From Orbicella franksi (taxonomy: Eukaryota): a stretch of DNA of 64,000 bases. Positions 24,048 through 37,526 of the stretch are shown in pieces (within the stretch, counting starts at the first letter, position 1; every line of letters begins with the position of its first letter). A program made the translations under genes and the position numbers. The stretch spans positions 20,832,001-20,896,000 of the forward strand of contig OZ116709.1 in the NCBI GenBank assembly GCA_964199315.1, read 5' to 3'. The notes under the pieces were generated by a model, which did not search any database, had not been told where the DNA came from, and was given only the letters and a program-made list of their open reading frames with translations.

Positions 24048-26874
24048 TCAACAAGGGTATTTTTCTTTTGGAAACAACTTTGGATAGCGATTTAGAGTTT
24101 TCCGTATCAGATGTTTGTTGCCAAGTTGTTCTACAGTCTGTCGGAGTTTGTAACACATTTGAAGTCCTTCTTTCATCGCCACCTCCATTTGGTCTTCCTT
24201 TCCTTCTTCTTCATGCAAGAGAGCTTGTTCAGTTTTTACCATGACTTTCCACATGTGATCCTCATCTAGTCTTCGCTCGGCAACGCGTTCCGCCTTTTCG
24301 AGTAGATTTCTTGCTTCTTCAAAGTTACCTTTGTTCTTGTGGCAAGCTCCGTAGTTTTTTAGAGTCAGAATACTCTCTTTATGACCATCCATCCCCAATT
24401 TTTTCATCATTTCTAGAGCCTTTTGGTAATACGATAGTGCGCTATCCAGTTCAGTCTTGTTTCCAGAGAAGAAAAGTAAGTCGGCAAAGTCTTTTAGGCA
24501 CTGTGCAGTCATAAAATGTTCACCAAGACACTTGTTGAAAAGCTGCCATGCTTGCTTGATCTTTTGGTCAGCCTCAATCTTTTCCTTGCGACGTTTATCG
24601 TGTCGTCCAGCAAATAGCAATGTTGCTGCTCTTTCAGGATGTTCAGGGAGTTTTTCTTTGCAGATCTCCAGTGATTTCAGGTAAACTTTTTTAGGTTCAT
24701 CTGGTACTTTGCTTTCTGAAAGAAATCGGGCATAGCTATGAAGATAAATGACTTCTGATAACGGTTTTGTCGCAAAATCAGTACCGTTTTCTTCATAGAG
24801 CTTTCTGGCTTTCTCCATATAGGCATTGTACTTTGCTGTGTCGCCTACTTTTCTAACTTCATGTCCAAGAAGGCACAAAAGTTCCACTCTGTGCACTGGT
24901 TGAGTTTCCGAGTCAAACGTTTCCAACAACCTTTCTAGGATGGAAATGTAAAATCTCGGAAGAACACACATTTCTAAATACATGCACTTTTGGGGAAAAT
25001 CATCGAGAAAAGTTTTACAGGATTCCACGATATCGACATCTTTCTTTTCCCTTCTTTGAGCGTAGATTTGAAGAAAATACTCGAAATTGTGCCTGTCCGC
25101 GTTAAATGCCTCAACTGACTCTCTGCAAGTGTTCTTACTCCAGTACCTATTGGCATTTTCAGCCATGCGAGACATAAAGTGAGCACACGCCAATTTGTCC
25201 CCCGCAGTAACAAGATGGGGATACTCAGCATCACCAAGCTTCTTTGCTAAAGCTTGAATAAGCGGATGCATCTGATACATTCGGGGGCTTAGTTGCTCGA
25301 GAAGTGATCTGTTTTTCAGGGAGCGAAGGATGGAACCAGGCACAGTTCCAGGAATCGAGCATGCTTCCATAACAGCCTCAGCGGCATCTGATGTAAATGA
25401 AACCGGGAGCAGAGACAGGAGAACGAAGGCTTCTTTATGTTCAGCTTGAGTCAGAAGGTCAAATGAGGTCTTGATTGCATTTTCTACTGATGTTTCATCG
25501 TCTTTCAGAACAGTCAAAGGCTGCTCCTCCAGGTGCTTTATTAGCTTTTCTTCCGTGAAGTCGGAGAGCAGTGATCCAACAATGCAAAGCGCCAATGGAA
25601 TCCCGCCACATAGCTCAACTAATCTTTCTGTCTTGCAAAGCTTATTTCGCATATCATTATCGTAGATTTGAGAGACAAGAATATGTTTTGCCTCATCGGC
25701 TAAAACCGGGTTTAGTCTTACTTCCCTCAACTGCAAATTGGGATCTTTAAATGTTTTTCTTGTAGTTATGACAAATGTCACCTTTTGCTTCGACAATATT
25801 CTTACCGCGCGTAAGATGTTTAGGAACAAACTTCGATCTTTCGACTCAAGGACACCATCTGCATTGTCGATGACAAACGTAACTTGCGTTTGCATCTGCT
25901 TGCTCCAGTCTTTGAGCCACTGCTTCGGATTCTCTGGCGCTTTTGTGTGGATTGTACCGCGTGAATGGATCATTTCTGTGGCTACTTCAGTGAAGGATCT
26001 CTGTGTCAGTAGACTGCAAAACAAGACAGTCCTCTCGTTTTCTGGTTTGGCTAGCTCATGAGCCACTTCGTTAGCCACAGTTGTCTTTCCAAATCCCGGT
26101 CCTCCGGTTATCAGAACAACAGGCACTGTGCCAGTTTCTACAATTTCTTTGACTTCCTTTATTTCTTTCTCACGACCAAACATAAGTTTCTCTGGTACTT
26201 TGTCTGGAAGAAAGCTGCAAAGATAAGAAGTAGCGTCGTCTGACTCGTCATTTTGTTCCACTCTCCTCCACTGTTCGACTTGCTCCGCCACCGCTCGTCG
26301 AGTGTCGTGATCGATGGGATCGTCCTTCAGGTCCTGTATTTTCTTTCGGTAGACACTAGTTTCAAGTGACTCTAAAGACGTGGATATCTTGCTCCACTTG
26401 TCTTCGAATTCGCCATTAGGAATACCGGTGGAAACACTGTGACACAGCTCATTCCTGAAGCATTTGATTCGGACGATGTTTGTTTCACGACTGACATCAC
26501 CATCCGCAGGCATTTTGTGCCATCCAGTTGGGGGCGCCGTTAGATGACAGATTTCACGAAGCAATAAATGCAACAGTATTATGTCGAACGTTTTCGAGTC
26601 TGGTGGATCACCTGAAGTAGGAAATAACTTTTCCCACTGGTCATCGAATATTACACGCCTGGATTTCAGACTCTGAAGCTTGGGAAGATTGTTGTTTAAT
26701 ACGTGGTGTAATGTCGCGGGTGGATGAACAGAATGTAAAACCTTTCTAAGAACATGTGTTCCTCCATCAACCAGTAATCGTGCCAGTCTTGTTCCATTTG
26801 TCTTTTTTTTCCGATACAGCATACACAGATGATCCAGATGCGCCAGCAGAAGAAGCTGCATCGGCAGCTGTCAT
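24048..26874 (-). CDS. NLR-like gene 2: HEPN-STAND-TPR, single exon, +1 frameshift in an A8 run near the start
   Basis: Near identical to gene 1 over most of its length. The homologous ATG (MTAADAASSAG..) at 26874 is out of frame because of the A8 run at 26803-26810. An alternative ATG at 26861 gives a 937-aa ORF with all domains. Ends KYPC* with no donor. Confidence 0.8.
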
Positions 26875-28377
26875 GTTCTTTATTGCTCTTAAGCTATAAA
26901 ACCCTTAAAGGTTCTTTGAAATTGTGTGCTGTCTAGATACTTTTTTCCACAAATAGGACGTTTTTAAAGTCGTTATATGCAAACTGAAATTAACTCGTAG
27001 GGTCAGAACACATCTTCAATTCAAACCGTGTTCGATCCAGGCAAACGTTTTTATCCTCGTCAACCACCTGCACTAAATTGGAGGATTTTAAAGTACTTTG
27101 AACTTTCCAAGAAACCAGGATGTTATCTTTGTCAAACACCTGCACCAACTTGAAGGTTTTGAACTAGTACTTTGAACTTCCCAAGAAACCAGGATGTTTT
27201 CCTTAAATTCACAATTAATGAATGCTTCAGTCAATCGTTGTCTATTTTGATTGTTTGCCAAGCAGTTAGCGAGACACAAATATTAATGTGTCTAGTTAGG
27301 CATTGTCCACAGCGCTAAATTTGACCTCTATTTTTTTCGCGGCATCAATCATTTTAGCCTTACCTTTTGGTTTTATAGTTTCTTCTATTCTTAGTTAATT
27401 GTAAGATAGAAAATGAAATAAACATGCTGAATGGTGTGCCCAGCATTAACCTGTTATTTTCCTAGGGATTTGCCGTGCCTTAATTTTTATGTTTTTTTGC
27501 GGGAGACTAGACAATATCAGAACAATTATTCTAGGAAATCTCCAGGCTTCCTGAAGCAGGAAACACATATATATTAATTATAAGCTATAATAGTGATTTA
27601 CCAGCCTTAACTCGTAAATAATACCTTTTCATTTGACCAAACAGCTCGATTGCATGAAGTTAAGAGTAGTAAATTAGACGATTCCCTATGGTTTATATTA
27701 GTGTCTTCTAATGTTTCCTTTTTCCAATTAATCGGTTATATTTGAAAATCATTGCGTCATCAATTGCATATATGAATATTTGAATACTTTGTGGAATCAT
27801 CTTCAAGCCAAAGCAACTCTTTCCAAGAATATGTGTTGTTTTCAAATCAAATTAAGATATAAATAAAATTGTTCCTCCCTCACGTCTGATAAGTAGAGAT
27901 TATACAGTACGCAACAAAATGTGAAGGTATTGTTTGTGTAGTGTCTGAAATAAATCTATTTGACAAATCCCTCCTTTCTTGGAAATAGTAGTACGTCATG
28001 ATAACTTTTAATTATAAAGTTCTCGATAACAAAGATTTGTGGTTAGAGGTATATACAATATACCGGCCAGCTACTACAGTGAGCGGTATCACCAGTAGTT
28101 TCACAGACAAACATTTTGATCTTTTACTGCATGCATACACTGATACCGCGGTCAGCTCGGATTCTTTCCCCTTGCAGCGCAAGCTCTCATCGGCTACTTT
28201 GAGTTTACGATGAAACTGATTCCCACCAGAAGTCTTTGGGCAAACTACATTGGCTTCGTCCATGGCGTTAGAGAGTAGCAGAGCACTGTCACCAGGATAA
28301 CCGCCAATGCTGACTGACGGCTGTCTGCATCACATTGTATCTACATGCACCTTACAGTTTCGAGAAATGCAGTCATT

Positions 28378-28582
28378 GGGACTGTTTATCCGCTCCACAT
28401 GGCTTACCGCCAAATGTCTGGCGCGCTGGCACCACATTATTACCAAACGGACAGTAGTCACGGACCACGATTAGTTCTCATACGAGGTTACCACCGTCAT
28501 ATGCACGAACCGATACCTCAGCAGGGACCGTGTTGTGACTGAGCCTCCGATCGCTCAAAAGGGGCGCAGTTATCTGAATGCT
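28378..28582 (+). pseudogene. Neurensin-like fragment marking the left edge of duplicate copy B
   Basis: Matches 11721-11925, has a premature TGA after QGPCCD, then jumps to sequence matching ~13500, which deletes the transmembrane region. Confidence 0.85.
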
Positions 28583-30522
28583 GAACTGAACTGAATTTAT
28601 TTTAGAATTCAAGCGCGATACCGGCTGGCAATAATATCCCATTTCTCCTTTTCCAGGGGTCTATCATATCCTCGTAAAACTATATCCAATTAAAAAAATA
28701 CAACAAAACAAAATGCTAAAACATGTTTCAGTGCTGTACTTCTAATAAATTCATTTATTCGATCATTCATTCGTTTTTCTAGTCCCCAGTTTCACTGTTT
28801 AAACTCGTGATGAATTAACAAAAACAAACAAACATACAAACAAACAAACAAAACAAGCAAAGCTAAGAAACAACAACAACCACAACAACTAGCTTTATAT
28901 CTTTACATGACCATAAATACATACAGTGTTGCAAAAGCTTTTTTTTAACTAAAACGACAAACAGAACATTACCGGAAAGAGCGTCTTTGGCATCAACTTA
29001 AACTGCTAACCACACACTGGTGAAAATTGCACATAATAATGAGCTATATAGTTAAACTCGCTTATAATAACTCCGTTTATATAGAGCAGTTTTTAGCTGA
29101 GTGTCATAAAACCAAAACTAAAGAAATTGCTCTGGCCAATCACAAAGGACACAGACAATGCAATGAGCCAATCAAAACTGGAACGAAACACAGGTGTCTG
29201 ACGTGAAGCGCGGGAAAACGTTTGGGAGCGAGTAACGATTGGTTTTGGTTTTACTTCTGATTATATGACAAAGCGGCGCGAGAATTTCAAGCTAATCACC
29301 AAGGGTAGTGAAGCAAAAAATGCAAATGCGTATTGCTCTCGACAGCCGAGTGAAAACCATTCTATATAAACCCTTCGAGCCTAAACATTGCAACAGTTCG
29401 GTTGTGGCTGTTAATTAGTAGGTTATTGGTAGTAATATCCTGCGAGCAGTCTCCTTCGAACGAAGGACTGCTCGTAAGGTATGATATTAAAGAACCTAAA
29501 ATAAATCAGTGGATCTGGAGAAGTTTTTGCCCTGTATTTCCTAATGATATATAGTCTTACTATTTAAACATAATTGCGAGTTTCTCATAGTTGAGGTGGT
29601 CGTCCCCCAAAAAAACATTTTCCGGAAACATGAACATTCAACATCTCTGAGCATTTGCAAAACGTCTTTTGAACCGATTTTGCTCTAATCACTCCTTGAT
29701 TTACGTTTAAGTTAAGAAATCTGCACACTGGTAGCTATATTTCAACATAGCGATGCCTATAGCAACGGTTGTTTACAGTCCAAAAGTGCTTACAAAATGG
29801 ATTCAGTTCAGTCCATTTCAATTACAGGAAAGCGAATGCTGGAGAATTTTACATCATTGTCCTGAATATTGTGTCCTTTACCATCTTATACGCCCCTTAT
29901 ACTTAATTAACATTTCTGTGACCGGTGTGTATTCGGGTATTCAACGCAACATCTATGTAGCTCCTTTCGATATACCTCCCCCCCCCCCCGCCCTCTTTTA
30001 CAAGGCCGAATTTAGGTTATCAGAGAACGTGGTAAAACATTAAAGCCTTGTTTCTCCAAAAAAGCCTCACCTCCTGTCATAGCCATCTCGAATGAGAATA
30101 AACGCTAGCGGACATTAGAAGAAAGAATACAACCACTTCCTCCTCCCCCTCCACCCCCGCCCCTCCCCCCCAACACCATACCGTAAAAATAACTGCAGTG
30201 CAGTAGCTGCAGCGCAGATGAAGACAAGACTTAAACCTGATCAGTTTATGTAAACCTGGCATACGATTTCAACTGTTCCAATTTGGCAAACGTTATTAAA
30301 TTTTTGAACAGTGATAACCATGTACTTATGTGAAGGTCGAGAAGAGTAAAGCTTTTATTATAAAATGTTAACTAAGGTTACTCTTGTCCGTCACCCCCCC
30401 AAGAATTCCATTAAAAAAATAGTAAAAAAACGCATAAAACCAGAATTTCACGGTATCTGCTCCTGAAGTTCCACTGAGTGCATGTTTTTGAGTGCTAGTT
30501 ATTCAACTTCGAAGTGAATTGT

Positions 30523-32624
30523 TCAACTCTCCTCCCCAGATTCTTCAGCGGCGCTTCTAAGCCAGTGGAAGAAGTCAGAACTGGCGGCTATGGCCAAGCC
30601 CTTGCCTTGTTCTTCTTCAACACTGCTTTCCCAAATGTTGAACGATTCCTCTGTGATGATCTCCTCATCATATAAACTGTCAAAATACGACTTGATGAAA
30701 CCTGGATGGGTTGAAAACAAAATAGGTTGATTAAACGAAAAAAAAGATACCACCGTCCGAAGAAACAGAATACATATACAACGTTTCGTTAGCTAGCAGT
30801 TTCGTGCCCTAAACACAGATCACTTAGTGGGGCTCAGTGGGTCACCGGGCCGTAATATGGTACCGTTGAAGGACCCCAATATGTCGTCTACTTAGAGCGG
30901 CTTACAAAATATCGCTGCACCAATGGGAGAGAGAGGGAGCCATGAGTATAATTTGTCATTTCCAACGTACTTTTGACTAACATGCATCAAATAAAAAGGG
31001 TCTAATAGTGTTCTGCCATTGCTGCTTAGAAGACGTGGCAAAAAAAAAAAAAAAAAAAAAAATAGGATTTCAAGAGATGAGTGAGCTGTGCTTGAAGATC
31101 GATCTTGTAACAGCAAACGCAAAATACCATGTCTGACTTTTTTCAGAAGAAACTTTTATTTTTTTTCCATCGCCTGTGTTTCAGCCCTCCCTTCCAGTCT
31201 CATATTTTCCGAGAGAGAAGACGACCAGAGGCGAGGAGACAACTTAAATTCAGGATTTTATCACTTTCTAGATTTTTTCGCAATAAGAGAAATGAGATTA
31301 CTAGACGTTCTTTGTTTCTATAAAATACTACCTAGATGGTTCTGAAAGTAAAAGCTTCGCAGTATAGTTGAACTCAAACACAACGAGTCGCCTTACGGGA
31401 ACTACGCCCAAAATCCATGAATTAATTATCTCGTTCCCCGACTGTTTGCGGTCCCGTTTCACAGAACATCGTAGCACAAGTGACAGGAGTAGACTAGAAT
31501 TCACGAATATGGCCTAAATAGGCTCGAGACACTTAGGTTTTGGTCGCACGGAAATTTGAAGAGGAATAATTAGGTACTCAGCTTATTCTCGGATTACTAT
31601 CTCGATTACATCACGCGGCAAATTATGAGAGGCTTTCAAACGGGACAAGATCGTAGATAAACAACAAGTTTTTGCACTTGTACCTGGCGGGTGTTCCAGC
31701 TGGACAAAGAGTGCCTGTACCGCGAAAAGAGCTTGGAGCTCTAGATTGGTGTCGTCGTCAATATACTTTCGGAGGAGATTTCTTCTGTTTTTCAAGCGAC
31801 CAAGGTTGCATTTACACTGGCCTCCGTCTTCTTCTGGAGAAAACAAAGGATAACAAATAAGTAAAAGAATGTTTTCACTAAGCAAAACAGACAAACTCGC
31901 AATCATGGTAACTAACCTCTATCCATTGTGTCTTCACAGACTACCGTTACCAGAGCTCTAATGAACGGAATCTCTCTGGTATCCGCTGCACAAAGATTTT
32001 CCTAGCGAAATTAAAGGAAATAAATTAACCACATTGACTTTTACCACCATAAAATGCGCATATCTTTGCACGGCATTAGGGAAGAGTTGATATGAGTTGA
32101 TTGGCCAGCTCAGGATCGTGCTAGCTGATGATGATACTCCAACATAACCTGCTTCTGATATACCTTTTACTAAGCTCGTCTTCTCGGTCCGTACTGTAAG
32201 ATACGGACCGAGTTTTTTTCCCCATCGATTTAAGGGCAAAGTGCGAAGCGAACGGACCATAAATCGAAGGGGTAACCATCATGGTATCTTACCAATAATC
32301 CTGAACGTTATTTTGCCGGGTATTTTATCGAGAAAATACAGTGATACAACATTTACAGCTCTACCTTATAGACCCGGTGTTTATAAGAAATCCGACGGCG
32401 TTTACATGTAATCGAGAAACAACAATGGTACGATATTTCTCACTTACACTTTTTTGATGCAACACACTTACATTGATCCATTCGAATACTCCTTCGTTAG
32501 AAGCTTTCCTTTCCAATATAAGAGTCCTAAGATCGTCCTGTATTCCATCAAAGTATTGACTGGACGAAGCAGTGATCTGTGGTGCCGAATTGGCCTGCTC
32601 AAGGCAAAATTCAATATTAATATT
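30523..32624 (-). CDS. EIF4G-like: Four eIF4G C-terminal (W2) exons, copy B
   Basis: Exons 32472-32624, 31917-32001 (donor gttagt), 31684-31830 and 30523-30701 have the same lengths (153/85/147/179) as copy A, no stops and GT-AG ends. AATAAA at 30354-30359 on the minus strand. Confidence 0.85.
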
Positions 32625-33518
32625 CTACAAACAGATAAAGATATTAATGCAAAGAGCCAACGAAGGAGCCCAACGGTGGACAGAAATATTGACTACTAAC
32701 TGTGCAATCACTGAGGCAGGCGCCTATTAAGGGCAAACATGTTTCATTTGACAGCAATTGCTTAATTAACCATTGACTTGAATTCTTCCGAAGGAGTTGA
32801 GATAGAAAAAAAAAAAGAAAGGATTTCGCACCAATGTAATCGAACAAAGCCTTAAAATAAAGCAAAAATACCTCTATGCAGGTTACAAAAAACAGATTTG
32901 TAACAAAACATTAGCTCAAGTTTTTCAAAACGTTATTTATGAATCGCTGCGGGTAAAATGGTGACGAGAAGCAGGGGAGTGTCATATCAGTAAATATCAT
33001 GCGCATATGCATTTGTGCGCTTAGCGAGTTGCTTGACAATAACAAGTAACGTCAAAGCAAAGATTGAATAAGTAGAAATCTGTTCATTGCAAGGGGGTCG
33101 CGATCACAGTATGTTTCAACACGTTCGAACACCGTGTCAGCTCAAACTATAAGTCACCCAGACTCTTTATAAGTGCGGAGAGAAATAAAACCTACTTAAC
33201 CCTTTTCGCTCCAAATTTGTTCTGTTTGTTCCTAATCGTTTAAGGTGTCTGAGGGAAATTTGAACAAGTTTTTAGTGTATGTTGTTGATAACATACTTTA
33301 CAGTACTTGATCGCAAGGTGTCATCGACAAACAAACCTCGCGCAGCATGTTCTTTTTCTTACTCCAGTACGTTTCTGTTGTTACCAACGCTAGCTTTTGG
33401 ATTAAAATAAAAAGCTTTGTAACGGCTTATTTAATCAAGTCTCATTTCTCATATAGTATTGATTATCGGGATGACATACAGCCTCGCGTTTGATGTGGTA
33501 AATAAATTAACATATTAC

Positions 33519-34056
33519 GGTTGCTTTTCTCCTTCTTCTGCTCACAGCTGTCCAGGAGACATCACCCTGTGGAACATTCCGCCGACTGTCTTGACTGTAA
33601 ACATTTCCTAAAGAACAATGAAATTGTTAGGCTTTCTCGAAGTCCGTTTCCTCTCTTTGATACTCGGATGGAATACGGTTGAGGCAAGTTTCATATCAGT
33701 CATGATAGGATTAGTTATGGCGGCAACAGCCTCTAAATACGTGGGAAATTTTTCGAAATTTCCGATTACTATACGGGCGGGAAATTCAAACCACCGGCAA
33801 AACTGTGCAAAAGACAGATTCTTCCCGTGGTGGGAGGTGGTATTGGAAGAATTCGTTTTGTGGAGATTGTTAGGGCTTTATCCAGAAGCCTCTAAATGGA
33901 CAGAAAGTAAACAGTGGAATTAAATTATAACTAGACAGAAAATAGCTGCCAAAATTTAAATTTACATCTATGATCTATTTCTATATCTAAAGCTGAAGTG
34001 GTTCTTGATTACTTGTCACTGACCTCTGCTGGATCGACCTGGGTCCCGCAAATTCC
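33519..34056 (-). CDS. Two linker exons, copy B
   Basis: 34024-34056 (33 nt, RNLRDPGRSSR; in-frame 3-nt deletion versus copy A) and 33519-33607 (89 nt, GNVYSQDSRRNVPQGDVSWTAVSRRRRKAT). Confidence 0.6.
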
Positions 34057-34166
34057 CTGAAAATAAGTACAAGAACATGAGTGCATATAGGAATCACGAT
34101 AACATTAACATACTTCGGTCTCAGGTACAATTATTTTGCAACAAGCAGACAAAGAAATAAACTTAC

Positions 34167-36892
34167 GGGGCAAGCGATCTTGTTCATTCTTCACTTCGAC
34201 TTTCCACTTGTGATTCTCATCTAGTTTTATCTCAGCAATCCGTTCCGCCTTTTGGAGTAGATTTCTTGCTTCTTCAAAGTTGCTTTTCGTTCTGTGGTAA
34301 GCTCCGTAGTTTTTTAGAGTCAGAATACACTCTTTATGACCATCCATCCCCAAATTTTTCATCATTTCTAGAGCCTGTTGGTAATGCAATGGTGTTCTAT
34401 CCGATTTAGTCTTGTTTCTGGAAGAGAACAATAAGTCGGCTAACTCTTTTAGGCACTGTGCAGTCATAAAATGTTCACCAAGACACTTGTTGAAAAGCTG
34501 CCATGCTTGCCCAAACTTATGGGCGGCCTCATTCTCTTCCTTGCAACGTTTATCATGCCGTCCAGCAAATAGCAAAGTTGCTGCTCTTTCAGGATGTTCA
34601 GGGAGTTTTTCTTTGCAGATCTGCAGTGATTTCAGGTAAACTTTTGTAGTTTCATCTGGTGCTTTGCTTTCTTGAAGAAAACGGGCACAGATATTAAGAT
34701 AAATGACTTCTGACAATGGGTTTGTCTCAAAATCAGCACCCTTCTGTTTATACAGCTTTCTGGCTTCCTCCATATAGGCATTGTACTTCGCTGTGTCACG
34801 GCCTATTTTTCTAACTTCATCTCCAAGAAGGCACAAAAGTTCCACTCTGTGCACTGCTTGAGATTCTGAGTCAAATGTTTTCAACAATCTTTCCAGAACA
34901 GAAGTGTAAAATCTCGGAAGAACACATATTTGTAAATACATGCACTTCTGGGGAAGATCGTCGAGGAAGGTTTGACCGGATTCCACGATATCGCGATTGT
35001 TCTTTTCCCTTCCTTGAGCGTAGATTTGCAGAAAATGCTCAAAATTGTTCCTGTCCTCGTTAAATGCCTCAACTGATTCTCTGCAGCTGTCCTTACTCCA
35101 GTAGCTATTGGCATTTTTAGCCAAGCGAGACATAAAGTGAGCACAGGCCAATTTTTCTCCTCCAGCAACAAGATGGGGGTACTCGACTTCGCCGATATTC
35201 TTTGCAAAGGCTTGAATAAGTGGATGCATCTGATATCTCCTGGGGACTGGCTGCTCGAGAAGTGATCTCTTTTTCAGAGCGCGAAGGATCAAACCAGGCA
35301 GAGTTCTAGAGATCGAGCATGCTCTCATAACAGTCTCCGCAGCCTCTGAATTAAATAGACCCGAAAACACAGACATGAGAACGAAGGCTTCTTTGTGTTC
35401 AGGTTGAGTCAGAAGGTCAAACGAAGTCTTGATTGCATTTTCCATTGATCTTTCAGGGTTTTCATCGTCTTTCAGAACAGCCAAAGGTTGCTCCTCTAGG
35501 TGTTTTATGAGCTCTTCCTCGGTATAGTCTGAAAGCAACGGTCCCACAATGCAAAGCGCCAAAGGAACACAGCCACACAGCTCAACAATTTTTTCAGCTC
35601 TGGAAAGCTTCAGTCGGACATCTTGATCACTGACTCGCGAGACAAGAATGTTCTCCGCCTCCTCGACTGATACCACTTTCAGTACTACCTCCTCCGACTG
35701 CAGGGCAGGATCAGTGAATGCTTTTCTTGAAGTAATGACGAATTTCACATTTTTTTCTCGGTGACCTTCGTACGTCACTTAACATCTTTAAGAACGAACT
35801 TCGATCTTCGGACTCAAGCACACCATCTGCATTGTCGAGGACAAACGTGACTTGCGTTTTGATCTGTTTGCTCCAGTCTTTGAGCCACTGTTCTGGATTC
35901 TCTGGCACATGCGTGTGGATTCTGGCGCAGGAATCGATCATTTCTGTAGCTACTTCATTGGCCTTTCTCTTTGTACGTAAGCTGCAAAAAAAGACAGTCC
36001 TTCCGTTGTCTTGGTTGGCTAATTTATGAGCCACTTCTTTGGCCACGGTTGTCTTTCCAAATCCCGGTCCCCCGGTTATCAGGACAACACCAACTGTTCC
36101 ACTCTGTACGATCTCTTTGACTTGCTGTATTTCTCGGGTACGACCAAACATAAATTCCTCTGGCAAGTTGTCTGGAAGGCAGCTGGAAAGTTCCGGCATA
36201 ACTGAAAGAGACCCTTGAATATGCGAAATGTCAGCTTTCATCTTCAGCATGGTGTCCTCTAAGCTCTCTACTCGTGGTTCAATGTCAAGTTTACACTTAT
36301 TTACTTCCTCTTCTATACGACGTTTAGTGTCATGGTCAATTGGTTCAGTCTTCAGACGGTCTACTTCGGTTTGGTCGAGGCCCAAGGCCACCAGTGCCGA
36401 AGAAACGTTATTCCATTTGTCTTCAAACTCGTCTTTAGCAATGTCTGTAGAAACGCTGTGGCACAGATCATTTCTGAAGCGTTTGATTCGGACGAGGTTT
36501 GCTTCAAGACTAACATCACCATCTGCAGGCATCTCTTTCCATCCTGTTGCGGGCTCCGTCAAGTTACAAATTTCACGAAGCAGTAAATGCAACAGCGTTA
36601 TGTCGAACGCTTTCGAGTCTGGTGGAGCACCCGAAGACGGAAATAACTTTTCCCACTGGTCATCGAATATTACCCGCCTGGATTTCAGACTTTGAAGCGT
36701 TGGAAAATGGTTGTTTAATACGTGCTGTAATGTCGCGGGTGGATGAACAGAATGTAAAACCTTTCTAAGAACATGTGTTCCTAGATCAACCACTAGTCGT
36801 GCCAGTCTTGTGCCATTCGTCTTTTCTTCCGATACATCACACACAGATGAACCAGAGGAATCAGCAGAAGCTGCTGCGGCGGCAGCTGCCAT
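34167..36892 (-). CDS. NLR-like gene 3: HEPN-STAND-TPR, C-terminally truncated, one frameshift (~35750-35770); probable exon 1 of the second eIF4G fusion
   Basis: ORFs 35711-36934 and 34105-35778 join with a 1-nt shift beside an A7 run. HEPN RNDLCH, Walker A/B and CGCVPLAL present. The TPR region breaks at KNEQDRLP and meets a phase-1 GTAAGT donor at 34166. Could be a pseudogene or an assembly indel. Confidence 0.75.
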
Positions 36893-37149
36893 GTTTGTTG
36901 CTGACTGAGACTTTTCGAAGTAATGTGCTGTCAAAGCACCTTTTCCGAAAGATGTGGTTTCAAAAATAATATCCGAGCTAAAGTACGAGTTAAGACTTAC
37001 ATGACTTACATTGCTGCAGCCTGGACCACTGAGTCCATTTCGAAGTGTATCAGATGTGTTAGATCCGTTCGGTTCGTTTCTAGTAAAACGTGTTAAAATA
37101 TTAAGAAACTACTTGATGATAAAGCACTTTCAAGTTTCGAGAACGACTC

Positions 37150-37526
37150 TTTCAGTTTCTGAGAAGGATACGTTCAGTTTTCGACAAAGACGACAGGTGA
37201 TTTCAGCTCGTTTGTCAAATTAGCATATGCCTACCTCATTTTAGACAGGGTCAATGCTTCCACCAATAGAACACGACTAAGCTCTTATGCATGGCCATGG
37301 TTACCGACTACAGACAATAATTGAAAACTCTAAACTGTTAATGATATTGCAATTGTTTTCTGCCTTTTTCGATTTCGCTATAAACGCTTTCATTTTTACC
37401 CAAATGTTTGACTTCTTTGAGCAAATATTTTGCCATAAGATTCCATCGATGCGTTGCTACAACGGGCAAACCAGGTCGTCCAAAGCTGTTAAGAAATTAC
37501 TTGATGGTAATGAACTTTCAGTTTCC
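37150..37526 (-). promoter_or_regulatory. ISRE-like motifs upstream of gene 3
   Basis: tttcagtttc at 37150-37159 and tttcagtttcc at 37516-37526, plus a tttcaagtttc variant at ~37128. Confidence 0.45.

Larger units (their letters stand above)
11721..26874. repeat. Segmental duplication, copy A (copy B at 28378-41932)
   Basis: Collinear matches: neurensin 11721/28378, eIF4G-like exons 14728/30523, 16780/31684, 17013/31917 and 17560/32472, linker exons 18586/33519 and 19094/34024, then STAND gene, shared flank (22380-24040/36900-39100) and second STAND gene. Confidence 0.9.

Noticed and set aside
28012-28263. 83-aa ORF with one hydrophobic stretch next to the duplication edge
   Set aside because: No recognisable domain or splice support; could be a chance ORF.
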